64,000 bases of DNA, taken from positions 795,548 through 859,547 of the forward strand of contig OY969569.1 in NCBI GenBank assembly GCA_963701185.1, in the 5' to 3' direction. The stretch is from Candidatus Gottesmanbacteria bacterium (GTDB taxonomy: Bacteria > Patescibacteriota > Microgenomatia > UBA10105 > UBA927). Shown piece by piece: positions 19,702 to 29,136 of the stretch. The notes beneath the pieces were generated by a model. The model saw only the letters and a program-made list of their open reading frames with translations, had not been told where the DNA came from and did not search any database. Every line of letters starts with the position of its first letter. Position 1 is the stretch's first letter. The position numbers and the translations under genes are program-made.

Positions 19702-19993
19702 GTTTTTTGTGAATCTCATGGAGTTCTTCCGGGTCAAACCGGAGATTATACAGCTTCGACGCCGCAAAGAGCTCCGCAAATAAATCCTCATCATTCAAAA
19801 AACGCCGCTTCGCGCGGATATTGGTGAGAAGAATTTCCTCGGCAAGAATGCCCAAAAATGTCCGGGTGACATACCCCCGCAGGTAGCCCAATACAGCATC
19901 CCCGAAAACGTTTCGTATAACGGATTCCGTTGGGTGGCGGTAGAAGTGATATTTTCGAAGAATTGCACGAATGTGACTTCGTTCCTGGTCCAT
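19673..19993 (-). CDS. Hypothetical protein
   Basis: 106-aa ORF from ATG 19993 (MDQERS). Confidence 0.45.
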   Translation of the reverse strand: MDQERSHIRAILRKYHFYRHPTESVIRNVFGDAVLGYLRGYVTRTFLGILAEEILLTNIRAKRRFLNDEDLFAELFAASKLYNLRFDPEELHEIHKKLMRYDERRR

Positions 19994-20051
19994 ATGGGTA
20001 TCCAGAAATACGAGTGTATCGAAATAGATCAACCAAGTCAAGTTGAACCGG

Positions 20052-22469
20052 CTACGGCGCAACCTCCTGCCAGGATACACCTAGTTCTTTCATAGTCTCC
20101 GGCATGGTGAAAATCAGTTGCGGATTGTAGATAAACAGCTCGGATGGCGTGGTGGTGCTGGCTGCGCCCCCGATGTCGCGGCCAAGCGTAAAATTACCGG
20201 CTACAAATGTCCCCGTTCCGACAAACTGCACGGAACCTGTACCGGTTATAAACGTCCCCGCGGGGGACGTTATATAGACTCCCTGAAGAGCGCCCACCGA
20301 CGGATCAACGGTGATATTACCTTTGACGATAAATGCAATAAACCCTCCCGGCGTTATGGTAATCGGCGTATTGATCGTCAAATTTCCGCTGACGAACACA
20401 ACGACTTTATCACCGCTTGGAATAGTCCACGCGGGAGCATTGATCGTAAGATCTCCGTCGTAATAATAGGGGGTAGCCGATCCGGCCAGACGACTGGATA
20501 GGGTTGTCGTTCCTGCTGTCGGGGCAGGCGAGCCGAACTGAGTGAACATCAGTTGGTAAAAATTGGTAGCGGGAGACGTGTCGTTGGCGAGCCAGTTTTT
20601 ACTGCTGACCCACGTGTTCCCCTGTCCCGCCCCGCTGTCAAAATCATAATTCCCGCCGTACGTGGCGACACCGGGATATCCGCCTGCTCCGTCCTTAATA
20701 AATACCTGCGCCGGGTGCGGTACCGGCACAAAGGATTGCAGCATGCCGCTGGCATAGACGTCGCCGCCCGCGGCCTGGCTCCATGCAATCCCCTGTACGT
20801 ATCCGATATCCCACGTTAAGGTATCTCCGGATGCCAAATCTGCCGACATGGTTTCACCGGAAGTTGGAGCAGTTGTCCTTTGCCAACAATATCTGACAGG
20901 TATATACCCACCGGCCGGAGGAGCGGGCTGAATGGTGTATGTTCCGATGGTTGCATTGTTAAATACGACATATGAACTTCCGCTTTGCGTCTGGGGTGCG
21001 GGTTGGGATGCGGAGGACGGGGTAAACTGGTGAATGGTCCCACCGATACCGTTGCCGCCCGCGATGATGTCGGCACAGGTGGCGGACGGAGCAACCTGTA
21101 CCGCCCGCGCCCGGATAGTACCCACTTGGGCACTATAATGCCACCAAAGATCGGCATACCCATCAGCAGATTGGCAATAAGAGGTATCGGACAAACTAAC
21201 AGAACTTGACATTACGGGTGGATTTCCATGACAACCAGTACTATTATAACAAAGTGTATAACCGACATCATAACCGGCCGGTACGGTAGCGGAAACGGTC
21301 CTTGTTTTATTTGCGGCGGGAAAAGAAAAAGAATAGGGGTTTGTTGTCGTTTGAGTAAACAGATCGCTCAGCGTTACCGTTTGAGAATCGAGCGGGGCTT
21401 GATTTGGCTGTTTAAAACCCTGGATCGTACACGTCGACGGACAAGGGACCGGCACTTTTTGCTGGGGACTACAATACACATTATTGTACGCATTGTTGTT
21501 CATAAAAACATCGCCAATCATATGTCCCTGATACCCTCCTAAGTCGGTTTGCGGAATAGTGGCCTGCCATGTCCCCCCGCCCATATTTGTGGCCGTGTAT
21601 GTTTTCATAATCGTAGCCCACCCCCGGTCATCATATCCGTTCACAGTTACCCCTGTGACATTTTGCACACCTAATGCGCTCACCACCCAGCTTCCTCCGT
21701 TGTTTACACATACCGGGGCAGAGGAGGTACCGGTACACGTCGGCGGGACGCAGGGAACCGGCACCTTTTGCTGGGGACCACAATTCACATTACTGAACGA
21801 ACCGTTGCTCATAAAAACATCGCCAATCATATGTCCCTGATACCCTCCTAAGTCGGTTTGCGGAATAGTGGCCTGCCATGTCCCCCCGCCCATATTTGTG
21901 GCCGTGTATGTTTTCATAATCGTAGCCCACCCCCGGTCATCATATCCGTTCACTGTTACCTGGCCGGCGTTTTGCACGCCTGACGCAGTGACCACCCAAC
22001 TTCCTCCGTTGTTTACACATACCGGGACAGAGGACGTGCCACCGCACGTCGGCGGGACGGAGGGTGTGGGGGTTGCCGCCGGTGGCGGTGTGGGGGTCGG
22101 ACCTGGCGGTGTGGGGGTCGGACCACTCCAATTACAATAAGCACCCGCCTCTTCTATGCAAACACAATTACCAACAGCACATGCATTCCCTGCAGAACAA
22201 TATGACTGGGACATATCAGAGCACTGATTGCATGTCCACCTGGTTCCGCTATCACAGTAATTGCAAGTGTTGCAATTCGGCACGACTGGGTTACAGGCAA
22301 TCCCAGAACCGCAATAATTCAGTTCGTGTGTTTGTCTTTCTTGGGAATGGCAATGATAAGGTTCGGAACCGCTTCCTGTGCAGGAAGCCTTAACATCCGT
22401 CTTAACAAAAATTAGACCTAAAGAAAAAAATAATATGGTTAGAAAGAGTCTTAATAAGTTTTTACACAT
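20052..22469 (-). CDS. Large secreted Cys-rich / Pro-Thr-linker surface protein with internal duplication
   Basis: Signal peptide (VKA), Cys-rich N-terminal domain, PTPT linker, two ~103-aa repeats, and a beta-rich C-terminus ending WQEVAP. Confidence 0.8.
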   Translation of the reverse strand: MCKNLLRLFLTILFFSLGLIFVKTDVKASCTGSGSEPYHCHSQERQTHELNYCGSGIACNPVVPNCNTCNYCDSGTRWTCNQCSDMSQSYCSAGNACAVGNCVCIEEAGAYCNWSGPTPTPPGPTPTPPPAATPTPSVPPTCGGTSSVPVCVNNGGSWVVTASGVQNAGQVTVNGYDDRGWATIMKTYTATNMGGGTWQATIPQTDLGGYQGHMIGDVFMSNGSFSNVNCGPQQKVPVPCVPPTCTGTSSAPVCVNNGGSWVVSALGVQNVTGVTVNGYDDRGWATIMKTYTATNMGGGTWQATIPQTDLGGYQGHMIGDVFMNNNAYNNVYCSPQQKVPVPCPSTCTIQGFKQPNQAPLDSQTVTLSDLFTQTTTNPYSFSFPAANKTRTVSATVPAGYDVGYTLCYNSTGCHGNPPVMSSSVSLSDTSYCQSADGYADLWWHYSAQVGTIRARAVQVAPSATCADIIAGGNGIGGTIHQFTPSSASQPAPQTQSGSSYVVFNNATIGTYTIQPAPPAGGYIPVRYCWQRTTAPTSGETMSADLASGDTLTWDIGYVQGIAWSQAAGGDVYASGMLQSFVPVPHPAQVFIKDGAGGYPGVATYGGNYDFDSGAGQGNTWVSSKNWLANDTSPATNFYQLMFTQFGSPAPTAGTTTLSSRLAGSATPYYYDGDLTINAPAWTIPSGDKVVVFVSGNLTINTPITITPGGFIAFIVKGNITVDPSVGALQGVYITSPAGTFITGTGSVQFVGTGTFVAGNFTLGRDIGGAASTTTPSELFIYNPQLIFTMPETMKELGVSWQEVAP
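21445..22059. repeat. Tandem duplication with 309-bp period
   Basis: 21501-21643 is identical to 21810-21952; the flanks are near-identical. Confidence 0.9.
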
Positions 22470-22471
22470 GC

Positions 22472-23062
22472 TTATATTTTATCTATTATGAAAAATCGAT
22501 CTTTTTTCACCCGCTCTGTCGCGAATCTATCTGCTTCACCATTATCAATTTGATCAGTCGATATGTTTTTATATTTACTAACAATATAAACACTCATCCA
22601 ATAAGCATAATCAAATAAACCTTCAATTTGCTCTTTGTTTTGTAAATAGGCAGGATCTTCTACGGAGATATCGATAATTACCTCTCCATCCGGTGTTACT
22701 TTCGCGCTGGCTTCTGTAATTTTGGCCTTGTTCTTAGGATCAGTTTCAAGAAGGAAACCGTCGGAGACTTGCGGCACAAGAGTAATTTTTAGTGCCTTGG
22801 CAGTAAACCTTTTTTCTATAATATTAAAATTGGCAACACCGTTATCTTTCCAGAATCCAATCGTGGTTAGCTCGTTATAAAGTTTATCCTGATCTTTGGC
22901 GGAAAGACGATACCCTTCAATTTTTGAGTCAATGACAATTTGCCGTTTGGGGGTAAAAAAAGAAAACGTATTGGTAAGAGAAAAATACTTGAATATTAAG
23001 TAAGAGGAGAACAATCCAAGTAATACAAGAGCTACTAATAAAATGATTTTTAATTTTTCCAT
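22472..23062 (-). CDS. Membrane-anchored hypothetical protein (AT-rich)
   Basis: 196-aa ORF with an N-terminal TM helix; ends 2 bp before the next start. Confidence 0.7.
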   Translation of the reverse strand: MEKLKIILLVALVLLGLFSSYLIFKYFSLTNTFSFFTPKRQIVIDSKIEGYRLSAKDQDKLYNELTTIGFWKDNGVANFNIIEKRFTAKALKITLVPQVSDGFLLETDPKNKAKITEASAKVTPDGEVIIDISVEDPAYLQNKEQIEGLFDYAYWMSVYIVSKYKNISTDQIDNGEADRFATERVKKDRFFIIDKI

Positions 23063-23162
23063 CCAAGCAGTTTATAAATGTATAATATATTTATAGTATA
23101 ATTTGAATTCGAAGTCAACGAAGTTGAGGCAACGAAGATTTTATACGTAGTTAATAGAAAAT

Positions 23163-24674
23163 TTACTCAAACGTAACATTAAACAAACCCTGATCCCCAT
23201 TCGTACAGAAATTATTATTAGCTCTACAATTAAAAGCTTCGTAAATAGGGTTAGGCATCCAACCTTGCCTTCTAATTCCTTTGGTTATTGTGACACCAGC
23301 CCTACCTAAACCATCGGCAATAATACGCATTACGGCATCTTTTCGGTCCCAGTCAGAACTAATATTTGATAAAAATGAAGATCTACTGATAACAATAAGC
23401 GTACCTTCATTATCAAAGTAGGCCATGAGAGGGGAGGTCTCGGTTGCCCCAAGATCATCCAAAATACTTAAACCGCAAATTCGTTCAGAATTTAGCAACC
23501 TTTCTCGGATGTTTGTGAATTCATCTCGGTTTACTACAAAAATTTTAGCTCTACCAAGCGAACCCACGATACTGTCATAAAACCTTTCATCCGTGGTATT
23601 TCTATAAGAACCTATGATTAGGGTTTCACCCTCTGCCATTTTTTGATAGTTGTAAGTATCATTTACAATCCACCCCCATGCTCTATCCATTGCTGCTGGA
23701 TCCACCTGTATGCTATCTATCCCTGCATAATCTAAAACTGAGTTGGCATACCGAACTTCCAGTTCCCCGCTTTCTGATATATTTTCTCCCCTTTGTGGAA
23801 ATTCGGCATTTGTATCTATAATACTTTGTAATTCTTGGCATACTTTTTCTGTTGGGGTGGCTGTTGGTGTTTCAGTTGGCATAGCAGTTTCGGTTTTGCT
23901 GGGTTCCGGAGTGGGGGCTGATGTTTCTGTGGTTGTTACCGCCGGTGCCGGTGGGGCGGGGAGTACCGTCGGCGTCACGGAAAACTCACCTCTGGCGGTA
24001 TTCACGGGTTTAAAAACAACATTAATGACATTCGTCGTTGTTTCCGGCGTCTGCGTGGGGGAAACCATCTTTTCCCGGCCGGTAGCCTCCCGGATGAAGG
24101 AAAAAGTCTCTCCGTCATACTCCATTTTAAACGGCGCTATCGACACCCTATGGTCCGTCCCCAGGGTGGCCGCGTCATAGATGCCTTCCGGCCCCGCGGC
24201 TGTCCCTTCCAGTACGAGCATTGTTGCTTCGGATGAATTCGCCTGCGTGTCATGCGTGATGAGAAATATTGCACTGCCGACGGGGGCGTACTCCTCTCCT
24301 CCGGGTTTTTTCACCTCTACGGGAACAACGCAAAACGCATACTGCTTGGTCGTATCAAGAGTGCCGTCTGCCTTTTGCAGATGAAATGTTTCGAGGGTTG
24401 CGCCGGTGGTATCGGACGGGTTGGTGGCACACAGCAAATTTCCCGTCAGGCGGGCTTCATACCCTGCACTATTGGAAAAAGGCTCCGCAGCCCACGGCAG
24501 CATTGCTTTGGCCGCGTCAACGGTAAGAAGCGAGGTTGCTGTTTCCGGTATCACCGTTGCTTCAACCTGACAGCCGGCAAGCACGCTTGCGGCAGTACCG
24601 AGCGCTATGACTGATTCTACAGGCTTAGCAAATGCTTTAGTTCGATCGGGCAACAATACTTCCCCCATATGCAC
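23163..24674 (-). CDS. Exported or lipoprotein-like protein with Pro/Thr linker
   Basis: Hydrophobic segment ending VLAGC, central PT/ET linker, and GAGGTG SD with TATACT upstream. Confidence 0.7.
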   Translation of the reverse strand: MHMGEVLLPDRTKAFAKPVESVIALGTAASVLAGCQVEATVIPETATSLLTVDAAKAMLPWAAEPFSNSAGYEARLTGNLLCATNPSDTTGATLETFHLQKADGTLDTTKQYAFCVVPVEVKKPGGEEYAPVGSAIFLITHDTQANSSEATMLVLEGTAAGPEGIYDAATLGTDHRVSIAPFKMEYDGETFSFIREATGREKMVSPTQTPETTTNVINVVFKPVNTARGEFSVTPTVLPAPPAPAVTTTETSAPTPEPSKTETAMPTETPTATPTEKVCQELQSIIDTNAEFPQRGENISESGELEVRYANSVLDYAGIDSIQVDPAAMDRAWGWIVNDTYNYQKMAEGETLIIGSYRNTTDERFYDSIVGSLGRAKIFVVNRDEFTNIRERLLNSERICGLSILDDLGATETSPLMAYFDNEGTLIVISRSSFLSNISSDWDRKDAVMRIIADGLGRAGVTITKGIRRQGWMPNPIYEAFNCRANNNFCTNGDQGLFNVTFE

Positions 24675-24723
24675 CTCTTATAACTTATAGTATACCACTT
24701 CTGTCAAAAATTGCACTTTTCCT

Positions 24724-24750
24724 AAAAAAAACTCCGCTCGGCGCGGAGTT
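24724..24750 (-). terminator. Hairpin with U-tract on the - strand (terminator-like)
   Basis: AACTCCGC-TCG-GCGCGGAGTT preceded by an A-tract on the + strand. Confidence 0.35.
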
Positions 24751-24866
24751 CTATCATGGATTTTCCATCCTCTATGTGAGAGAGATATTCTCGGATATGC
24801 TTTATCATAGGCACACTGTATACTAACACTAGTCAGTGTAGACTATTGCCAAACTCACGTCAATCT

Positions 24867-27527
24867 ATGGGGGAATCACTCGGCGCACCAAATAAAAACA
24901 GCGGAGAGGCGATGCTTCAGAGTTTTCCGCCCCACGTCAGGAGGGAGTGGTTTGATGCGCATCCGAGTATCTCCGGCGCAAAGCGGTTATTGCTTCCTGC
25001 TGATACTGTTTTAGCAATACGGCTGGAATCCAAGATCACCCCACAGGAGCTCATTGATGTGGTGGATCTCAGAAACAGGGAGGCGGCCATTGATCAAAAA
25101 CTCAAAACGGAAAAGCCGGAAACGTTTTTTTCTTCTGAATACCGGCGGCTCTACGCGATCGCGCGCGAACAAGGCCCGACAGAACATGTCTTACGTGAGG
25201 CGCTGGCGCTCAGTATTGCCGCCGCAAAACACGCATACGGAACGGCAGGAAAACCGTTTGATGTATGGGGCACCCAGCGCATCGCGATGCTACGGATCAC
25301 CAAAAATCTCCTGCAAGCCGCCAGTCCCGGACTTGTGGCGGATCTGCGGACCGGGATGGGAAAAAGCGCCGTGGTTGCCATGATTACCATACCGGTCGGC
25401 CTCATGGTGAAAGACCACTGGGATGTTGTCAGCCGGACACCTCTTTCGCGCATGGACAATGCCCGGCGGTTTTCGGCGCTCGGAGATCTCTTGGGCATCA
25501 AAAACGCAGAAGTGACGGAATCGTCGACATGCATCTGGAAAAACGGCAGACGCGGCACGTATATAAGCCTGGATCCTAAAAGAGACGTGCGGACTATCGC
25601 CATGAAAGACAATCAGGTGACCTTTGCAACGCGGCCCGACATTGCCTCGTATATTTTAACGCACTATGCAGGCGGGCAGTTTCGGACACTGCAGGACATC
25701 GTCCGGCCCGCACGACGGGGATGCATTGTCGATGAAATCGACGCCGCGTTTATCGATGAGGCGTCTCACCTGCTTATCATCTCCGGTCCCGCCGAAGAAA
25801 CGCCCGGGGCCGTCCGCGTCTATTGGGAACCGACTGCCTATCCCAAGGATACGACGGATTCTGATATTCCGTCTAAAAGAATTTCGCGCCGGCTCTATAC
25901 AAAGCATATGTCGCGGCTCCAACGCGCCATGGAAAACGACGTGCATCGGGCGCGGGCCGCACTTGGGGAAAACACGGCGGCGGCGGGGGATGAGAATACT
26001 GCTTTTTCTTTTGCATTACTGCAAAAGATATTCTCGTTTGAAGACGAGCTGCGCCGTCAGGATCGTTTTCAAATACACAGACCGTTTTTCACTCCCGACG
26101 GACGACTGACCGCGGACGGACAGTATGATCTGTTGCGGCGGTTTTACAGTTCTGTTGCCGGCATACCCTATAACAGTCAGGAGCTTATCCCGCAGGAATG
26201 GGACAAATTCCTTTCAATACTTTTCCCTGCCCACATCATCGAAACCATCGGGGCGGGTATGCGCCTGCGGCCGGAAAAAGATTATTTTATAAAAGATCGC
26301 AACATTGTCGTCCAATCGCCGTTAACAGGCTGGCCGCGGCCGCGGCAGGAATTTGACCCGCTCACCACATTTGCCCTCTACGCCAAAGAGTCGCTTCGCG
26401 CTCAGCTCGACGTTCCGACGACGCTTCATGAAACAGCGGATGCGTTTTCCTCTCCGGAACTGGATGCAATATTCTACACCAAAATGATCGGCCTGACCGG
26501 AACAGGACTGCAGGCCGCAGACTGGTTCCGCAGGGTTCGCGGCATGGATATCACAGCCTGTCCTCCTGAATTTGCCGAAACAATAGACGATACCGATCCC
26601 TACATCGTGGTTCGGAATGGAGAGACAAAAAAACAACACCTGGAAGACTATCTCAAAGCCCTTCCGGACCCGTCTGTTCCCGTTCTTATTGACGTATCAT
26701 CCAGACAGGAACAACAGACGGCCGTCGACCTTTTACAGACGCTCTACCCGGATGACCGGATTCAGGTCATTTCTGCGGTCAATGCGCAGGACGCTCAGGA
26801 AAAATTTGACAAAGCCGGGCAGCCGGGCATGAAAACGGTCGTGCTTCTTATGGCCGGAAGAGAGGTGGATATTCTCGTGGATGATGCGCTGGAACACATC
26901 GGCGGACTGCGGGTAGTGTCAATGAGTCCGCGGACGTTGGCGCGCAGTGAACAACAACTGAAAGGCCGCACCGGAAGAGCGGGGAAGTCCGGCGCATACC
27001 GCTGTCTTGTATCGGCGGACGATGAGGTCTTTGCGCTGCTGACGCCGGACCAGCAGAAAAAAGCCGCACAATACATCCGGGGCGGCAATACGGAAAAAAT
27101 AAAACAGGTTATCGCGCGGGGACAGCAAAAACATGAAGAACGGCTCCGGGAACAAAACGCCGCATTTGAACGGATCTACGGGCCGCTTGTACTCATCCGC
27201 CGCCGCATGCTGCGGCTTTCGCCTGCACAATTTGATGCCGTCACTATTTTTTGGCAGGATTTCCTGACACTGAATCAAACATGGGGGGCAAGCCTCGGAT
27301 TTCTCACGCCGCCGACAGGATTAAAAGAGCATCAGGTAAACACGCTGTGGAAACATCATGTCGTGGGGATGTTTGAAACGGCATTGGCGCGGACAACCGA
27401 GCTCATGGAACAGTCAAAAACAACGACTGCAATGACCCGCGGCCGCATGCGGGACATTATAGGGGACGAGATGGGCGCCGCTATGAATAATTTTGGTTTT
27501 TCCGTCGGGCCGATTTCCGGCACTTGA
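24867..27527 (+). CDS. Highly divergent SecA-like DEAD/helicase-fold ATPase
   Basis: SecA motifs in order: DLRTGMGKS, IVDEIDAAFIDEA..LIISG, KDYFIKD..TG..YAKE, GLTGTG, MAGREVDI, GGLRVV and RSEQQLKGRTGRAGKSG. Confidence 0.8.
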   Translation: MGESLGAPNKNSGEAMLQSFPPHVRREWFDAHPSISGAKRLLLPADTVLAIRLESKITPQELIDVVDLRNREAAIDQKLKTEKPETFFSSEYRRLYAIAREQGPTEHVLREALALSIAAAKHAYGTAGKPFDVWGTQRIAMLRITKNLLQAASPGLVADLRTGMGKSAVVAMITIPVGLMVKDHWDVVSRTPLSRMDNARRFSALGDLLGIKNAEVTESSTCIWKNGRRGTYISLDPKRDVRTIAMKDNQVTFATRPDIASYILTHYAGGQFRTLQDIVRPARRGCIVDEIDAAFIDEASHLLIISGPAEETPGAVRVYWEPTAYPKDTTDSDIPSKRISRRLYTKHMSRLQRAMENDVHRARAALGENTAAAGDENTAFSFALLQKIFSFEDELRRQDRFQIHRPFFTPDGRLTADGQYDLLRRFYSSVAGIPYNSQELIPQEWDKFLSILFPAHIIETIGAGMRLRPEKDYFIKDRNIVVQSPLTGWPRPRQEFDPLTTFALYAKESLRAQLDVPTTLHETADAFSSPELDAIFYTKMIGLTGTGLQAADWFRRVRGMDITACPPEFAETIDDTDPYIVVRNGETKKQHLEDYLKALPDPSVPVLIDVSSRQEQQTAVDLLQTLYPDDRIQVISAVNAQDAQEKFDKAGQPGMKTVVLLMAGREVDILVDDALEHIGGLRVVSMSPRTLARSEQQLKGRTGRAGKSGAYRCLVSADDEVFALLTPDQQKKAAQYIRGGNTEKIKQVIARGQQKHEERLREQNAAFERIYGPLVLIRRRMLRLSPAQFDAVTIFWQDFLTLNQTWGASLGFLTPPTGLKEHQVNTLWKHHVVGMFETALARTTELMEQSKTTTAMTRGRMRDIIGDEMGAAMNNFGFSVGPISGT

Positions 27528-27551
27528 CGAACAAAACAAATGTGTTTACTA

Positions 27552-27570
27552 TGTGGACAAGTTATCCACA
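27552..27570. promoter_or_regulatory. Inverted pair of DnaA boxes directly upstream of dnaA
   Basis: TGTGGACAA (27552-60) and TTATCCACA (27562-70), 1 bp before ATG 27572. Confidence 0.8.
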
Positions 27571-27571
27571 T

Positions 27572-28948
27572 ATGGACATACAAAAACTCTGGAAGTCGGT
27601 ATTGTCGGAACTTGAACTGTCGGTTTCAAAAGCGACATTTCAAACGCATTTCGCCCATTCCGAACTCGTCTCGTTTGAAGGGGGAGTCGCCACCATTGGC
27701 TTTACCAGCCCTCTTATGCGGACGCTCGTTGAAACCCGATATTATTCCCTTGTCAAAAGCGTGTTGGACCACCAGGCAAAACAAAACACAAGCCTCGTTT
27801 TCGTTGTCGTTGCCAAAAAGGAAACGCTTGACCCCGCCAGCGCGGGACCGCTCTTCGCCCAAACGCTGGACCGGGAGGTCATAAGCATTTCCTCCGTCGC
27901 GCGCCGTCTTCATATCCGCCCCGGGGCCACATTCGAAAGCTTTGCCGTATCGACAACCAACCAGATGGCGTATGCGGCGGCAACCGCCGTTGCCAAAAAC
28001 CCGGGCACGGCGTACAACCCCCTGTTTTTTTACGGCGGCACCGGAGTAGGGAAGACCCATCTTATGCACGCCATTGCAAACCAGCTTCTTGCCGTCCGGC
28101 CGGAAATGCGTATTGTCTATTGCATGGGAGAGGAATTTCTCAATGAAATCGTGGAGGCAATCCAGACCAAATCAGCGCGGCAGTTTAAACAAAAGTACAG
28201 GAGCGCCCAGCTCCTTTTGGTGGATGACGTCCAGTTTATCGCGGGCAAACAGACGGCGCAGGAAGAATTTTTCCATACGTTTAACACGGTGCACCGCGAG
28301 GGGGGACAGATTGTCCTCACGAGCGACCGGCCGCCGTCTGAAATTTCGCGGCTTGAGGACCGCCTGCGCAGCCGTTTCGAGGGAGGGCTCACGGTTGACG
28401 TGGCGGCGCCGGATTTTGAACTGCGCGTCGCCATTGCAAATATTAAGGCTGACGCCATGGGGCTTGCCGTTCCTCCGGACGCGGCACAACTCGTCGCGGC
28501 AAACATCACCGACACGCGCGCCATTGAGGGGTTCTTGCGGCGGCTCACCACGGAAGCGGCAACCCGGAAGTCTACGGTTACCGCGGAGCTTGTCGCGTCG
28601 CTGTTAAACATTAAAAACCATGGGGATGGCGTCACTGCCCCGTCTGCGTCCGCAAAGCGCGTCAGTCCGCAGGAGGTGTTGGACTGCGTCGCGGCGTATT
28701 ACGGCCTGAAAACTACGGCGCTCAAAGGCACCAAGCGCGACCGGCCGATAGCCAGACCACGCCAGGTCTTTATGTACTTGTGCCGCACGGAGCTCGGGTT
28801 AACCCATGAAGACATCGGTGGCTCATTGGGGGGGCGCGACCACACGACGGTTATGCACGGCGTGGAAACGATTACCCGCGAATTGTCCACAAACACGCGC
28901 CTTCGGGAGGCGGTGGAGGGGATAAAACAAAAACTATGGGCCTACTAA
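27572..28948 (+). CDS. dnaA: Chromosomal replication initiator DnaA
   Basis: YNPLFFYGGTGVGKTHL, LLVDDVQF, QEEFFHTFN and GGRDHTTVMH. Confidence 0.98.
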   Translation: MDIQKLWKSVLSELELSVSKATFQTHFAHSELVSFEGGVATIGFTSPLMRTLVETRYYSLVKSVLDHQAKQNTSLVFVVVAKKETLDPASAGPLFAQTLDREVISISSVARRLHIRPGATFESFAVSTTNQMAYAAATAVAKNPGTAYNPLFFYGGTGVGKTHLMHAIANQLLAVRPEMRIVYCMGEEFLNEIVEAIQTKSARQFKQKYRSAQLLLVDDVQFIAGKQTAQEEFFHTFNTVHREGGQIVLTSDRPPSEISRLEDRLRSRFEGGLTVDVAAPDFELRVAIANIKADAMGLAVPPDAAQLVAANITDTRAIEGFLRRLTTEAATRKSTVTAELVASLLNIKNHGDGVTAPSASAKRVSPQEVLDCVAAYYGLKTTALKGTKRDRPIARPRQVFMYLCRTELGLTHEDIGGSLGGRDHTTVMHGVETITRELSTNTRLREAVEGIKQKLWAY

Positions 28949-29136
28949 TAAGAAAGTTATCAACTTATCCACCGCTACCAACTATTTATCCACTTTGTTA
29001 TCCACACGATCTCCACAGATAAAACGATTGTTTTGAGTCGTTGACACGAGACGTTAAAAAGCATACACTTTTCCACGCCGTTTTCTATTACTACTACTAT
29101 TGGATTATATAGAAGAAAAACAAAAACAAACCCTGT
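28949..29136. other. Replication origin oriC
   Basis: dnaA-dnaN intergenic region with boxes TTATCCACC (28965), TTATCCACT (28986), TTATCCACA (28998) and TTTTCCACG (29069), then a DnaA-trio-like CTATTACTACTACTA (29085-29099) and an A-rich tract. Confidence 0.88.

Noticed and set aside
21445-22059. Repeat pair as a DGR template/variable region
   Set aside because: Both copies are in-frame in one ORF, there is no clear adenine-only pattern, and no reverse transcriptase is in the window.
27524-27571. TTG start of dnaA overlapping the SecA-like stop
   Set aside because: The stretch holds DnaA boxes; ATG 27572 (MDIQKLW) fits the DnaA N-terminus.
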